A DNA stretch of 64,000 bases from Macrostomum hystrix (GCA_950097015.1 CATNEN010000025.1:4340001-4404000), one strand, 5' to 3'. Positions 25,215-37,764 are shown, counted from the first letter of the stretch. Made by a program: numbers and translations. The notes: generated by a model not told the origin, from the sequence alone.

Positions 25215-25444
25215 CTGGAAACCAAGCGGAAAGCTACGAGCTATTAACAAGTATTCTCCCTTATCAAATTCAAATAAGAATTTTATTAGCCAATAAATGA
25301 TTAAAATATCTTTAAAACAAGCGTGGCGATTCCCAAAAAGATTCAGACAAATAATTATTTAGGGCGTGACTCTTCTAGAACCAATCGTTTCATGCACACA
25401 TACACTATTCCCATTTAGGCACTACGCTCGTAAACAAAACTTAC

Positions 25445-26059
25445 CGAACAAAATTTCTTGTTTGAATTCCGCGCGAAGATCTCTCACAGAGTCCGTCAGG
25501 TAGAGCAGGAACCGATCGGCATAGTCGACTCCACTTCTGAAAGTTGTCGTCCGGTACCTGTTGTAGATGAGAACTGGTGCCGAGCCCTTCCAGCCCTCGT
25601 TGGCCCAGCTGCAAACATCGCGTCTGTCGGAAATCACCCAGAAGCCACGGTCATTGTCGCATCCGCCTCCAGAGAACGCTACGAAAAAGCCCCGCTTCTG
25701 ATTCGGGTCCCCGTCAATTGTGAAATGGCTGAAGCGCTGCTTTGCCTCGATGCGGAACGGGTAGGATGACACAAGTCGAGAGTGCGAGAACCAGTTCTTC
25801 AGGGTGATCTCGTCAGTGTTGTCGGACAGATCAAACACCATCTGTGCAACCACCTGGTCGTTCTTGATCATCTCGCCGACCATCTTTGTCTTTCCTGTCT
25901 TCTTCACAGTGAGAGCGAGTTGATCGAGCAGGTCCGATCTGTAGACACGAGGCAGAGATCCGTCAGCGGGCGCTTTGTAGTTCTGTTGGAAGGAGTACGT
26001 CTGCACCGCCTCGGTCTGGATGTTCGAAGTGATCGTGAACAGCACCTGCTTGTTGCCGT
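25445..26059 (-). CDS. Modular secreted protein, left copy, module 10 (E-type)
   Basis: 615-nt phase 1-1 exon; tttcag acceptor, gtaag donor. Confidence 0.88.
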
Positions 26060-26192
26060 CTGAAAATTAACATTTTTGTTGTTGACGTTGAATGTAGGTA
26101 CAATTTAAACATGAAATCCATTCGCTTGTGGCAATTTAAAAGCATAATGGGTAATCGTTCTGGTGCAATAAACGCGTTGCTGTAAATCCTAC

Positions 26193-26804
26193 CAACAATG
26201 AGCGGCCTCTTGAACTCCTCTCTGAGATCGGGCATCTCCTTGGCCAGGTAGATAATGAGTCTGTCGGCGTACCCCGCCGCCTCGTGGAAAGGTCGACCTT
26301 GCTCTCGGTTGTAAATCAGAATCGGAGCAGTTCCTCGCCACCCTCGAGTGACCCAGTCGCAATGACCGTGAGCATCTGACACCATGATGAAGCCAGTCTC
26401 TCTCTCGCATCCACCGTACCGATTGTTGATGAAGAACCTTCGCTTCGAACCGACCTCGCCATCGAGAGAGAAAAAGTTAAACTCACTCCGATCCACTGAG
26501 TACGGATACGTCGACTCAAGTCTTTGTCTAGTAAACCAGTTCTCCATAGTGAGCTTTTCAGTGTCTGTGGACACATCGAACACGATTTGCGACACGACCT
26601 GATTATCTTTGCGCATTTCTACGACAATGTTTTTTGCAGCAGATTTTTTAACTGTCTGAGACAGCTTGTCCAAAAGATCGGATCTGTAGACTGGAGGCAG
26701 AGATCCATCGGCAGGCATTTTGAAGTGTTGCTGATGCTTGTATGTTTCTAGGGCTTCCATGCGTACGTTCGGAACAATGGTGAACAGCAGCTGCTTTCCT
26801 TTCT
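26193..26804 (-). CDS. Modular secreted protein, left copy, module 9 (X-type)
   Basis: 612-nt phase 1-1 exon; ccttag acceptor, gtagg donor. Confidence 0.88.
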
Positions 26805-26921
26805 CTAAGGAAAATTGGGGAAAGAATTTAAACTAATAATGCCTTTAAACGATTAATCCACAGGTTACAACTGTCTCCTTAAAATCAGTTTGCTAGGAAT
26901 CCAGGCAATTTTCTTTCTTAA

Positions 26922-27556
26922 CAGCAAGCCAACTTAACTTAACTTAACTTAACTTTCTTAACAGCAAGCCATTTTGCCGCCCATTTGTATATCAAGGTAT
27001 TTAAACGATGTCCCCTGAAAAATTAGTTTGGAAGCACCCGATTGCTAACATCATTGGGTGGTGACTGACTAGTAGCCATATTAGGCGAGGGTGTACTGTG
27101 GTTGTGCTGCGGCAAATATTTTGGCTTGATCAATGAAATTGGGGAAATTAGGTCCTTCGGGTGGTCCATAGTGGCCTAGTTTTACCCTTTGTAGCCCTTC
27201 AAAGTCCAGCAAAACCGTCTAGGTAAAGGTAGGTGACCACCAAAGACGAAGATTAAGCAGGCACATTCGGGTGGCATGCTATAAGTTTGAAGGACTGGCA
27301 AGGCCGCACTAAGGCGCAATGCTAATTCGTGTATATGGGTGTATGAAATACGCTAGCGCATAGTGGGAAAAATCTGGCATTCTGCCAGAACCGTTGAATA
27401 TCTCGACGGTCTTAAGAGCTGGCAACTTGATTCTTGTTCGTGAAGATGCGCAACAAAAATTTGGCGCATGTTCTCGAGTTTTGTGTGCTTTCGATGCTCT
27501 GCTCAGATGCTTCAAAAAATTGTCGAAGGGGAAATCCCCCCTTGGTATTTCTACTG
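26922..27556. mobile_element. Copy-specific 635-bp insertion flanked by TTAA
   Basis: TTAA at 26918-26921 and 27557-27560; absent from the matching intron of the right copy (959 vs 323 nt). Termini only weakly inverted (CAGCAA / CTACTG). Confidence 0.5.
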
Positions 27557-27763
27557 TTAAGGCACCCTAATAGCCTCTCATGGGTGTTGAACATGGGCAG
27601 AGTTTGTGAATTTTTGCCTCGGGGAAACCGAAATAGAAGTCCAATCAGTACCCCTTGAAGTTGTTAAGCTCTCGATTGTAAACTTACTTTCTTATGCTTC
27701 ACTTTTCACAAATACAAAGTCAGAAATTAGCATGGTAATCAACAGACGGGAAAGCGTCCTCAC

Positions 27764-28375
27764 CGAAAAATACTTCCTTCTGAAAGTCGGAGCGAAGATC
27801 CGGCACCTCCTTGGCCAGGTAGATAATGAGTCTGTTGGCGTATCCAGCAGTCTCCTGGAACGGTCTTCCCGGCCTGCTGCTGTAAATCAGAGTCGGAGTA
27901 GAACCTCGCCACCCTCGAGTGACCCAATCGCAATGACCGTGAGCATCTGACACCATGATGAAGCCAGTCTCTCTCTCGCATCCACCGTACCGATTGTTGA
28001 TGAAGAACCTTCGCTTCACTCCAACCTCGCCATCGAGAGAGAAAAAGTTGAACTCACTCCGATCAACTGAGTACGGATACGTAGACTCGAGTCTGTCTTT
28101 GGAAAACCAGTTCAGACTGCTCAGCTCGTCTGTGTCGGTGGACACATCAAACACGACCTGTGAGACGACCTGATTGTCTTTGCGCATCTCGACGACCATT
28201 TTTCTCCTTCCTGACTCCCTCACAGCCCGCGGCAGCTCGTCCATCAGATCGGATCTGTAGACTGGAGGCAGAGATCCGTCAGCCGGCATCTTGAAGTTTT
28301 GTTGATGTTTGAGTGTCTCCAGCGCTTCCATGTGCACGTTCGGAACAATGGTGAACAACAGCTGCTTGTCTTTTT
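27764..28375 (-). CDS. Modular secreted protein, left copy, module 8 (X-type)
   Basis: 612-nt phase 1-1 exon. Confidence 0.88.
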
Positions 28376-28605
28376 CTGGAAACCAAGCGGAAAGCTACGA
28401 GCTATTAACAAGTATTCTCCCTTATCAAATTCAAATAAGAATTTTATTAGCCAATAAATGATTAAAATATCTTTAAAACAAGCGTGGCGATTCCCAAAAA
28501 GATTCAGACAAATAATTATTTAGGGCGTGACTCTTCTAGAACCAATCGTTTCATGCACACATACTCTATTCCCATTTAGGCACTACGCTCGTAAACAAAA
28601 CTTAC

Positions 28606-29220
28606 CGAACAAAATTTCTTGTTTGAATTCCGCGCGAAGATCTCTCACAGAGTCCGTCAGGTAGAGCAGGAACCGATCGGCATAGTCGACTCCACTTCTG
28701 AAAGTTGTCGTCCGGTACCTGTTGTAGATGAGAGCTGGTGCCGAGCCCTTCCAGCCCTCGTTGGCCCAGCTGCAAACATCGCGTCTGTCGGAAATCACCC
28801 AGAAGCCACGGTCATTGTCGCATCCGCCTCCAGAGAACGCTACGAAAAAGCCCCTCTTCTGATTCGGGTCCCCGTCAATTGTGAAATGGCTGAAGCGCTG
28901 CTTTGCCTCGATGCGGAACGGGTAGGATGACACAAGTCGAGAGTGCGAGAACCAGTTCTTCAGGGTGATCTCGTCGGTGTTGTCGGACAGATCAAACACC
29001 ATCTGTGCAACCACCTGGTCGTTCTTGATCATCTCGCCGACCATCTTTGTCTTTCCTGTCTTCTTCACAGTGAGAGCGAGTTGATCGAGCAGGTCCGATC
29101 TGTAGACACGAGGCAGAGATCCGTCAGCGGGCGCTTTGTAGTTCTGTTGGAAGGAGTACGTCTGCACCGCCTCGGTCTGGATGTTCGAAGTGATCGTGAA
29201 CAGCACCTGCTTGTTACCGC
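28606..29220 (-). CDS. Modular secreted protein, left copy, module 7 (E-type)
   Basis: 615-nt phase 1-1 exon. Confidence 0.88.
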
Positions 29221-29878
29221 CTGAAAATAAATAATGTGTTTTTGCATATAAATATACTTCATGCTTCGACTCGTGGACAAAGATATTAAAGCTCGTTTAG
29301 GAGTAGAGACTTTCTGCTAAATCAAGCGGTACTGTTTGACGAAATTGGTTACAGTTTTTCGTGACACTTCCCATTCACGAGTTCATATCTCTGAAAAGGA
29401 GGATAGGGTAGAAATGGTATTTTTTACTATACAAATCGATGCTTTCGGTAGTCAGCTTGATTCGGAAGCCAGCCACGTTCAAGTTTGCACTCCTGCCGTC
29501 GTTCACAATGTTGCCGAAGCTATTGAAGCGGCGCTTGGAGCCCTTCAGACCAGCGCGACGGCGGTTCCGGTGGCGGGTTGCGTCTGCATAAGTGACACGT
29601 CGATAGACCAGTGTTCTTCCTCACACCCGACTTTGCAATCGCTTCACCGTCAGGGGCTGAGAAATCCGGATGTATGTTGAGCTTATTCTCGACTCCGCTA
29701 ATCCTCAACCTGGGTCACGGCAAGTGTCTTTCAACGTCTTGCTCAATTTTTCGGTGCATCCCGGACGCGGAGCGGAAATGATCATCCGCAACGTATATAT
29801 TATAGACCCAGCAACAAAGTCAATACTTCACAAGCCTGCACATCACAAAAATTCCCTATCCTCTTCCACAGCGCTTAC

Positions 29879-30490
29879 CCACAATGAGCGGCCTCTTGAA
29901 CTCCTCTCTGAGATCGGGTACATCCTTGGACAGGTAGATAATGAGTCTGTCGGCGTACCCCGCCGCCTCGTGGAAAGATCGACCTTGCTCTCGACTGTAA
30001 ATCAGAGTCGGAGCAGATCCTCGCCACCCTCGAGTGACCCAGTCGCAATGACCGTGAGCATCTGACACCATGATGAAGCCAGTCTCTCTCTCGCATCCAC
30101 CGTACCGATTGTTGATGAAGAACCTTCGCTTCGAACCAACCTCGCCATCGAGCGAGAAAAAGTTGAACTCACTCCGATCAACTGAGTACGGGTATGTTGA
30201 CTCAAGTCTTTGTTTAGAAAACCAGTTCTCCTTAGTGAGTTTTTCAGTGTCTGTGGACACATCAAACACGACCTGCGACACAACCTGATTGTCTTTGCGC
30301 ATCTCGACGACCATTTTTCTCGTTCCTGACTCCCTCACAGCCCGTGGCAGCTCGTCTACCAGATCGGATCTGTAAACTGCAGGCAGAGATCCGTCAGCCG
30401 GCATCTTGAAGTTTTGTTGATACTCGAATGTCTCCAGGGCTTCCAAGTGTACGTTCGGAACAATGGTGAACAGCAGCTGCTTGTCTTTTT
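29879..30490 (-). CDS. Modular secreted protein, left copy, module 6 (X-type)
   Basis: 612-nt phase 1-1 exon. Confidence 0.88.
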
Positions 30491-30640
30491 CTGAAAAGCA
30501 AGGGAGATACAAAAAACTAAGCTTATCTTGAATCCACAAGTCACTTCTGTAAAAAGTGACCTTAGAAAACTTGTATTATTAAACATACGAGCTAGTTTCC
30601 TGCTCATTGTTTTAAAAAAACTTTTTTTGTTTTCGCTCAC

Positions 30641-31255
30641 CAAATATAATTGGTTTCTTAAACTCTGGGCGCAGGTCCTTTACATTATCTGTCAGGTAGA
30701 GCAGGAACCGATCGGCATAGTCGACTCCACTTCTGAAAGTTGTCGTCCGGTACCTGTTGTAGATGAGAACTGGTGCCGAGCCCTTCCAGCCCTCGTTGGC
30801 CCAGCTGCAAACATCGCGTCTGTCGGAAATCACCCAGAAGCCACGGTCATTGTCGCATCCGCCTCCAGAGAACGCTACGAAAAAGCCCCGCTTCTGATTC
30901 GGGTCCCCGTCAATTGTGAAATGGCTGAAGCGCTGCTTTGCCTCGATGCGGAACGGGTAGGATGACACAAGTCGAGAGTGCGAGAACCAGTTCTTCAGGG
31001 TGATCTCGTCGGTGTTGTCGGACAGATCGAACACCAACTGTGCAACCACCTTGTCGTTCTTGATCATCTCGCCGACCATCTTTGTCTTTCCTGTCTTCTT
31101 CACAGTGAGAGCGAGTTGATCGAGCAGGTCCGATCTGTAGACACGAGGCAGAGATCCGTCAGCGGGCGCTTTGTAGTTCTGTTGGAAGGAGTACGTCTGC
31201 AACGCCTCGGTCTGGATGTTCGAAGTGATCGTGAACAGCACCTGCTTGTTGCCGT
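30641..31255 (-). CDS. Modular secreted protein, left copy, module 5 (E-type)
   Basis: 615-nt phase 1-1 exon. Confidence 0.88.
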
Positions 31256-31388
31256 CTGAAAATTAACATTTTTGTTGTTGACGTTGAATGTAGGTACAAT
31301 TTAAACATGAAATCCATTCGCTTGTGGCAATTTAAAAGCATAATGGGTAATCGTTCTGGTGCAATAAACGCGTTGCTGTAAATCCTAC

Positions 31389-32000
31389 CAACAATGAGCG
31401 GCCTCTTGAACTCCTCTCTGAGATCGGGCATCTCTTTGGCCAGGTATATAATGAGTCTGTCGGCGTACCCCGCCGCCTCGTGGAAAGATCGACCTTGCTC
31501 TCGACTGTAAATCAGAGTCGGAGCAGATCCTCGCCACCCTCGAGTGACCCAGTCGCAATGACCGTGAGCATCTGACACCATGATGAATCCAGTCTCTCTC
31601 TCGCATCCACCGTACCGATTGTTGATGAAGAACCTTCGCTTCGAACCGACCTCGCCATCGAGAGAGAAAAAGTTAAACTCACTCCGATCCACTGAGTACG
31701 GATATGTCGACTCGAGTCTTTGTCTAGTAAACCAGTTCTCCATAGTGAGCTTTTCAGTGTCTGTGGACACATCGAACACGACTTGCGACACGACCTGATT
31801 ATCTTTGCGCATTTCTACGACAATGTTCTTCTTTCCTGACTGCTTCACAGCCCATGGTAGTTCGTCCAGCAAGTCAGATCTGTAGACTGGAGGCAAAGAC
31901 CCATCAGCCGGCATCTTGAAGTTCTGCTGGTGCTCGAAGGTGTCATGGGCCTCCATGTGTACGTTCGGAACAATGGTGAACAGCAGCTGCTTGTCCTTCT
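31389..32000 (-). CDS. Modular secreted protein, left copy, module 4 (X-type)
   Basis: 612-nt phase 1-1 exon. Confidence 0.88.
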
Positions 32001-32104
32001 CTGCAATTTGATTCGATTTGTTTTTACGTAATATTTTTTACCTTTCGCTCAGAATATATTTTTGTGCGTTAGATTATTCATGGCATAGCATTTTTTGAAC
32101 TTAC

Positions 32105-32719
32105 CGAATTCAATCGGCTTCTTGAACTCCTTTCGCAGGACATCAACAGTATTGGTGAGGTAGATTACAAAACGGTCTGCGTAGTCCACACCACTCCGGA
32201 ACGTCGTTGTGCGATACCTATTGTAGAGGAGCACTGGAGCGGCGCCCAGCCAGCCCTCAGAGCCCCAGCTGCATTGATCTTTCTTGTCAGACACGAGCCA
32301 GAATCCCAGGTCATTGTCGCAGCCCTTTCCCGTGTCCGTTACTGCGAAGTTTCTGCTCATCGATTTGTCACCGTCGATGCTAAAGTAGTTGAGATGAACC
32401 TTTTTAGAAATCTGGTATGGGTAGGCTGACTCTAGTCTGTCCCTAGAGAACCAGTTCGTCAGGGTTAGCGAGTCTGTGTCGGTTGAAACGTCAAACACTA
32501 GTCGGGCGACAACATCATTGTCTTTGCGCATTTCGGCGATCATCTTTTTCCTTCCCGAGCGCTCAACAGTCTTAGCCAGCTGGTCCAGCAGATCCGAGCG
32601 GTAGATGAGCGGCAGCGATCTATCATCTGGGATCGGGTAGTCTTGCTGGTGCTTGAACGTGTCTAGAGCCTCCTTTCCGACTCTTGACGTGATCGTGAAC
32701 AATATTTGCTTATCATCAT
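32105..32719 (-). CDS. Modular secreted protein, left copy, module 3 (E-like)
   Basis: 615-nt phase 1-1 exon. Confidence 0.88.
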
Positions 32720-32790
32720 CTGAAATGTAGTTTAAGTTGCAGAAATCTCCAATTGTTTCTGAATGCAAACACAGGATTTTAATAACGCAC

Positions 32791-33402
32791 CGACAACAAA
32801 CGGCCGCTTGTAGTCCCATCGCCTGTCCTCTACTTCGTGCGTGAGGTACACCAGCATGCGGTCGGCCGAATCTACTCCCTGGTGGAAGGGCCGGCTCTGA
32901 AGCCGGTTGTACAGCAGCAGCGGAGGTGAGCCCCGCCAGTAGCGCCTAGCCCAGTCGCAGGTGTCGTGAGAGTCAGAGATGGCGATGAAGCCCGCATCGT
33001 TCTCGCAGCCTCCGTAGTTGTAACTGATGTAGAAGCGACGCTGCACCGTCTTGTCCCCTTCTAGCGAGAAGAAGTTAAACTTGCTCTTGTCTATTAGGTA
33101 GGGGTATGAGGACTCCAGGCGGTCGGTTGAGAACCAGTTCTCAATGTTTAGACTGTCCGTGTTCTTGCTCACATTGAAGACCACTTGTGCCACCACAGAA
33201 TCAGCTTTGACCAGCTCCACCACCATCTGCGTCATGCCCGAGTCCTTTACAGTCCGCGGCAGATCGTCCAGCAGGTCCGATCGGTAAAGCACTGGCAGCT
33301 TGTCATCGATTGGAGATCTATAGTTCTGCTGCTCGGTGAAAGTCTCAAGAACGCTCTTGTGGATGTTGGCCTTGATCGTGTACAGAAGCTGCTTTCTTTC
33401 GG
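32791..33402 (-). CDS. Modular secreted protein, left copy, module 2 (X-like)
   Basis: 612-nt phase 1-1 exon. Confidence 0.88.
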
Positions 33403-33533
33403 CTGCAAGGGAATGAGTCAATGCGTGACTTCGAAATGCATGATGTAAAATGAATATTTTAAGGCTGATATTTCATATGCGATCTGTGCTCGAAAGAGGT
33501 AACTTAAAAGGTAACCAGTAATGAAAATAGCAC

Positions 33534-34157
33534 CATGGAAAAAGGGCGTCCTGAACTCGGCTCGAAACTCGTCCACTGTGTCTGTGAGGTACACGAGGAA
33601 CTGGTCCGCAAACGCGGCGCCCTGCTGCATGGTGCGGTCCTTGAATCGGTTGTAGACAAGCACTGGAGCCAGGCCCTTCCAGGCTTTATGGGCCCAGCCG
33701 CAGGGGTCCCTAGCGCCGGACAGGAACCAGAAGCCGCGGTCGCGTTCGCAGCCCTCGTTGCTGATTGCGATTAAAAAGCTGCGCGATAAACTCGCGTCGC
33801 CTTTGACGGAGAATTTGAAAAACTTTGCCGCGTCTTCGAGCTTATAGGGCCAGGCGCCAACTAGGCGAGACGGCGAGAACCAGTTAAACTGATCGACAGT
33901 GTCCGTGTAGTCGCCGATGTCGAAAACGACGCGCATCACGGCGGCTCTATCGACGCGCATCTCGGCCACAATGTTTTTTTTGCCAAGTCGACGAACGGCG
34001 CCAGGCAAGTCGTCGAGAAGGTCGGACCGGTACACCGCCGGTAGCGGCTCATTCGGCGACGGGGCCGGTCGGTTTCCGTTGCCCCTGGTGATGAACGCCT
34101 TCTGCGGGTCCTCGCCGATGTTGCTACGGATGGTGAAGAGTAGCGTCTTGTCGTCCT
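33534..34157 (-). CDS. Modular secreted protein, left copy, module 1
   Basis: 624-nt phase 1-1 exon beginning (x)DDKTLLFTIRSNIGEDPQKAF; the acceptor catgcag has a weak pyrimidine tract. Confidence 0.82.
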
Positions 34158-35254
34158 CTGCATGGTTGGTGCAAGGTTCGATTGAGATGTCATTCAGCGA
34201 ACAATAAACCTATAGCTCTCTGGTGTGATTAGAAATTGATGATATCATTTTTGCCATAGAACCCACTTCACTGTTGCAAGTCGCTGAACTCTCCGACGCT
34301 TAACTAAAGGACGCTTCATTCTCGACTACTTTAGTTCATACATTTTCAAATTTGATGATTTTGGTGGGTGTGGCGCCCCCCCCCCTTGTCCATGGACCGA
34401 GCAGCCTTTGGATGCGCCACGCAAGAGTAACTCAATGTGCTCAATAGAGTCAACCATAAAGAGAATGGTTGATGTATCATTTCTGCCATATAAAATTGAA
34501 CCACTGACATTATGGACCGAAATTGAACTTTATACCTTAATTATATTTCATATATTTTAGTACAACCAATCTTAACAAGAGGAGAGTGACACCAAAAAAA
34601 TGTCTAGTAAATTTTTGGAAATAAGCCCGCCTTATCTTTCACTTTAAATGAAAATATTGCTAGCATTTTACTGACGTTTCTAACAATTTCTGGTTGCTAA
34701 AGCAGTATTTTTAAGTCATGAAAGTCTCAAGTGAGGAATTGAAGGCCGCCAACTTCTCACCCTGCAGGGTTAGAGCATAGATAAGCTGAGTAGCAAGACG
34801 AGCGAAACATGTTTTTAACCATGGCAACGCATTTTGTGTCAAGAATTTTGTGTCGCCAAAATGTTTGAGCGCAAAAACAGATTAAATTCGTTTTAGGAGC
34901 GTCTTTTCGATTAATCATCTCTAGTGCTTAAAGTCAATGCCGACGATAAGATCAACAGGTACCTTTTTGTTCTGATTTAGCTATAGTCAATGTATAAGAA
35001 TTTTTTGTGTGGCCGTTTCATTCTTTGAAATGGCCACATGCTTGAATTGCCATTAATCGTAACCATTAATCAGATTGCGTCACTCAGAAGCGATAAGTGT
35101 TGAAAACAGCCTTTTCAGTTATTGACTTGCCGGTGGACAGGGCTTTTTAGGCTGACCACTGTAACGAAACTTTTTTCAGCTTCTATCTTGACTCTAAACT
35201 ACTCGTAGATTGGGTTTAAAGATACTATTCATGGGTGCAATAAATGCACAATGA

Positions 35255-35380
35255 AGGGATTGTAGTAATCACTTGAGGGTCGGGGGTTCGACTCTTGATT
35301 CCACTAGAACGATTTGAGTCACTGAGCTCTTACGAGCGTAAATTGGTATTAACTCCCCCAGTCCATGGACTGAACAGCCG
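35255..35380 (+). mobile_element. tRNA-derived SINE, family B (internally deleted copy)
   Basis: ggttcgactcttgattcc head and cccagtccatggactgaacag end shared with the copies at 46462 and 51150. Confidence 0.55.
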
Positions 35381-35570
35381 TACGCAGCCTTCAAATGCGC
35401 CGCGCAATAGCTGCGGCTGTGCTGTCGGCTGCACATCTGGCCCAATAGGGGCAGGTGCAAGCAGTTATTAATTTGACTTCGAGCTGCATGTATACATCTC
35501 AACGTCATCAGTCCCTATGGGCTAACCCAGCAGTGGAGCAACGATTTGTGTCCACGAAAACAGTACTCAC

Positions 35571-35667
35571 CGAACGTGAAGCCATCGGCGGATGCGACGT
35601 CAGCAGCCTGAGCAGTGGCTGCCACCCACGCGAACACAATCAGGCAGATCAGTCGTAGGCCAGCCAT
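35571..35667 (-). CDS. Modular secreted protein, left copy, exon 1 (signal peptide)
   Basis: MAGLRLICLIVFAWVAATAQAADVASADGFTF plus G|gtgagt phase-1 donor; hydrophobic core and AxA cleavage motif; same reading in the right copy. Confidence 0.85.
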
Positions 35668-36389
35668 TGTTTCTGCTGACCGCAACAAAAGTCCACTGCT
35701 AGATTTTGTAGGAAAACTTTATGGCTAAGTTATGCAGTAGATTGATCCGTACCATGTGAACAAAGCGAAGGAAATTAGAAATTACCAAAACTTTGACGAA
35801 CGCTTGCTGTCCTCAAAGTCAGCAATGACAGTCAGACAAGAGCGGCTCTCTTATCAATTAAAACTGAGACCCGAGGCGAAAGGTCTTTAGCGAATCGTTT
35901 AAATGCGCTTTGAATTAACGCTACCGGATTTTACGCAAAACGACTTAAACAAATTAAAACGTTTGCGCATGTTAAAAAATGCTGACAATAAGATGTAGCT
36001 CGTAGCACTGTTATTCTTTTAACTTATCGAGAAGAATATGTTTGTTGATAAATTTAACACATCGATAGAAAATCAAGGTTAAAATTTTCAAATTCTCTGA
36101 GCGTTATTGCTTTTATGGATGAAATGTTCGTCTCGATACTACTATTAGCACTAGTATGGTGATTTGCACGAGCGCATTTGCGCTTACATTTAAGGCATCG
36201 CTAATAAATTCTTCTTAAAGACAAGTAACTTGCTAGTGTTTTTGATATAAGAGATTGTGAACAAAATAAACGCGGCACAATAGGTCCCTGGAATGTCGTC
36301 TGGTACGGTCAGTACCTGGATCACACAATGGAGATCGAGGACATGGGTCATTGTACAGCGCAGCAGATCCCGCTGTGGTCTTCTCTCCG

Positions 36390-36912
36390 CGTCATTCCTC
36401 GGGATCAGGCACGATGTGCGAATGGTCCATGAAATGGTCAAGAATGCGGTTCATGACGCCAGTGACCTCGGCCGCAACACAACGACCGTCAGGGCCAAGA
36501 ACCTTACCGCTCGGTGCTCTCCAAGCGAACAGCATGACCTTTTCATTGGGCTGGTGCGAAAGTCCTCAGCTGGAAAAGCTGGCGTGTCCGTTAGTTGCGT
36601 GAAGCTTGCAATCAACGGCGCCGATGGTGCATTCGCGGGTCTTCAAGTCGGGGCCAGCTGCAGTGATGGACTGGCGGGCGTCCTCGACGGCAACGCGCTG
36701 ACGCTCATCCAAGAGACGCGCAATGCCTTCTTCGCGTCACCGTGGGCCTTAATCGTCTTTGGAGCCGCTCGATGTTCCGCCGTGCTTGCTTGATTGTCGG
36801 GTTGCTCTGAAAGACTGGCAGCGATCGCTCCGCCGGCAGAATCAGCGGGACCGCCTTTGTCTGCATGAGCTCTTAAGACACTGCTGATGTCAGCGTACTC
36901 AGCAGTTCTGAT
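36390..36912 (-). pseudogene. GC-rich coding-like island, possibly a disrupted exon of an unidentified gene
   Basis: Acceptor ctcgtag|ATC opens IRTAEYADISSVLRAH... to a TGA at 36643. An overlapping frame reads GIARLLDERQRVAVEDARQ...*...MNRILDHFMDHSHIVPDPEE* with one internal TGA. No family recognised. Confidence 0.3.
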
Positions 36913-36924
36913 CTACGAGTGCAA

Positions 36925-37110
36925 AGACACATCCCACAATCCCGAATCCCTCATAGACACACCCCACAATCCCGAATCCCTCATAGACACATCCCACAAT
37001 CCCGAATCCCTCACAGACACATCCCACAATCCCGAATCCCTCATAGACACACCCCACAATCCCGAATCCCTCACAGACACATCTCACAATCCCGAATCCT
37101 TCAAAGACAC
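36925..37110. repeat. 30-bp minisatellite (GACACATCCCACAATCCCGAATCCCTCATA)n
   Basis: About 6 units read directly. Confidence 0.9.
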
Positions 37111-37764
37111 CCCACAATTCAGTATCCCGGATAGACCCACCCGAAGTGAAGAATTCCGATAAAAATATAATACTTAGATTGTAGATTTTTAATTCCTCTA
37201 CAATTATAGCCTTGTCAAGAGGTTTGCAAAGATAATAAAAAACAAGCCTATTCAAAAAGTTTCACAATCTTAGTGTGCTCGTAATTACATAACAGACAGA
37301 GTTTAAAGGTAATTTCGTGGCCAGATATTAGCTTATTGCAAGCAAAGCATTAGATTGTTATCACTGGAGTCGGAGTTAGAACTCTGCTCGTATATTCTGG
37401 CTGTAACAAAGACCTTGCTTTATTACGCCAGTTAAAAGGGCGGCGTTTTTTTAATAGGCTGATAAATTAGCTGGCATTGCAGAAGCTGTTTGACACAAAA
37501 TATTTTTGCGACAGTCGGCTAGATCCCGAAGCCTTTCCGGTTAAAGCTAATGCTGTTTAGCCAGTGTAAAAGCTTTCCAATATGGAATTCAATTACACTT
37601 TAATGCAGTTATTTTACGCAACAAAACTCTTTTCTACATTTTCAATACATTTCCAAATCCTTCTAATCACATTCTAACCATTAAAATCTCATTCCAGTCC
37701 TTGTAACCACACTCGAATCTTTGAAATTCCATTCCGGGATTCAAATCCCATTCCAAAAACTGAA

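Noticed and set aside
25963-26760. 265-aa ORFs ending ...GGADVLLPTELQSAR (also 31159-31956, 59234-60031)
   Set aside because: Read-through of a module into the following intron and the next exon in the wrong frame; GT-AG sites define the true exons.
34340-34492. Alternative signal-peptide exon MIHQPFSLWLTLLSTLSYSCVA on the minus strand
   Set aside because: Not conserved in the right copy and has no phase-1 donor; the exon at 35571-35667 is conserved and splices correctly.
15988-35667. Functional link between POFUT2 and the adjacent secreted protein
   Set aside because: POFUT2 modifies thrombospondin type 1 repeats (six Cys, C-x-x-S/T-C sites); the modules have two Cys and no such site. Adjacency alone is not evidence.
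36540-36600. Selenocysteine read-through at the in-frame TGA
   Set aside because: No redox motif (CxxU/UxxC), no recognisable selenoprotein family and no SECIS identified; the upstream frame is also closed.
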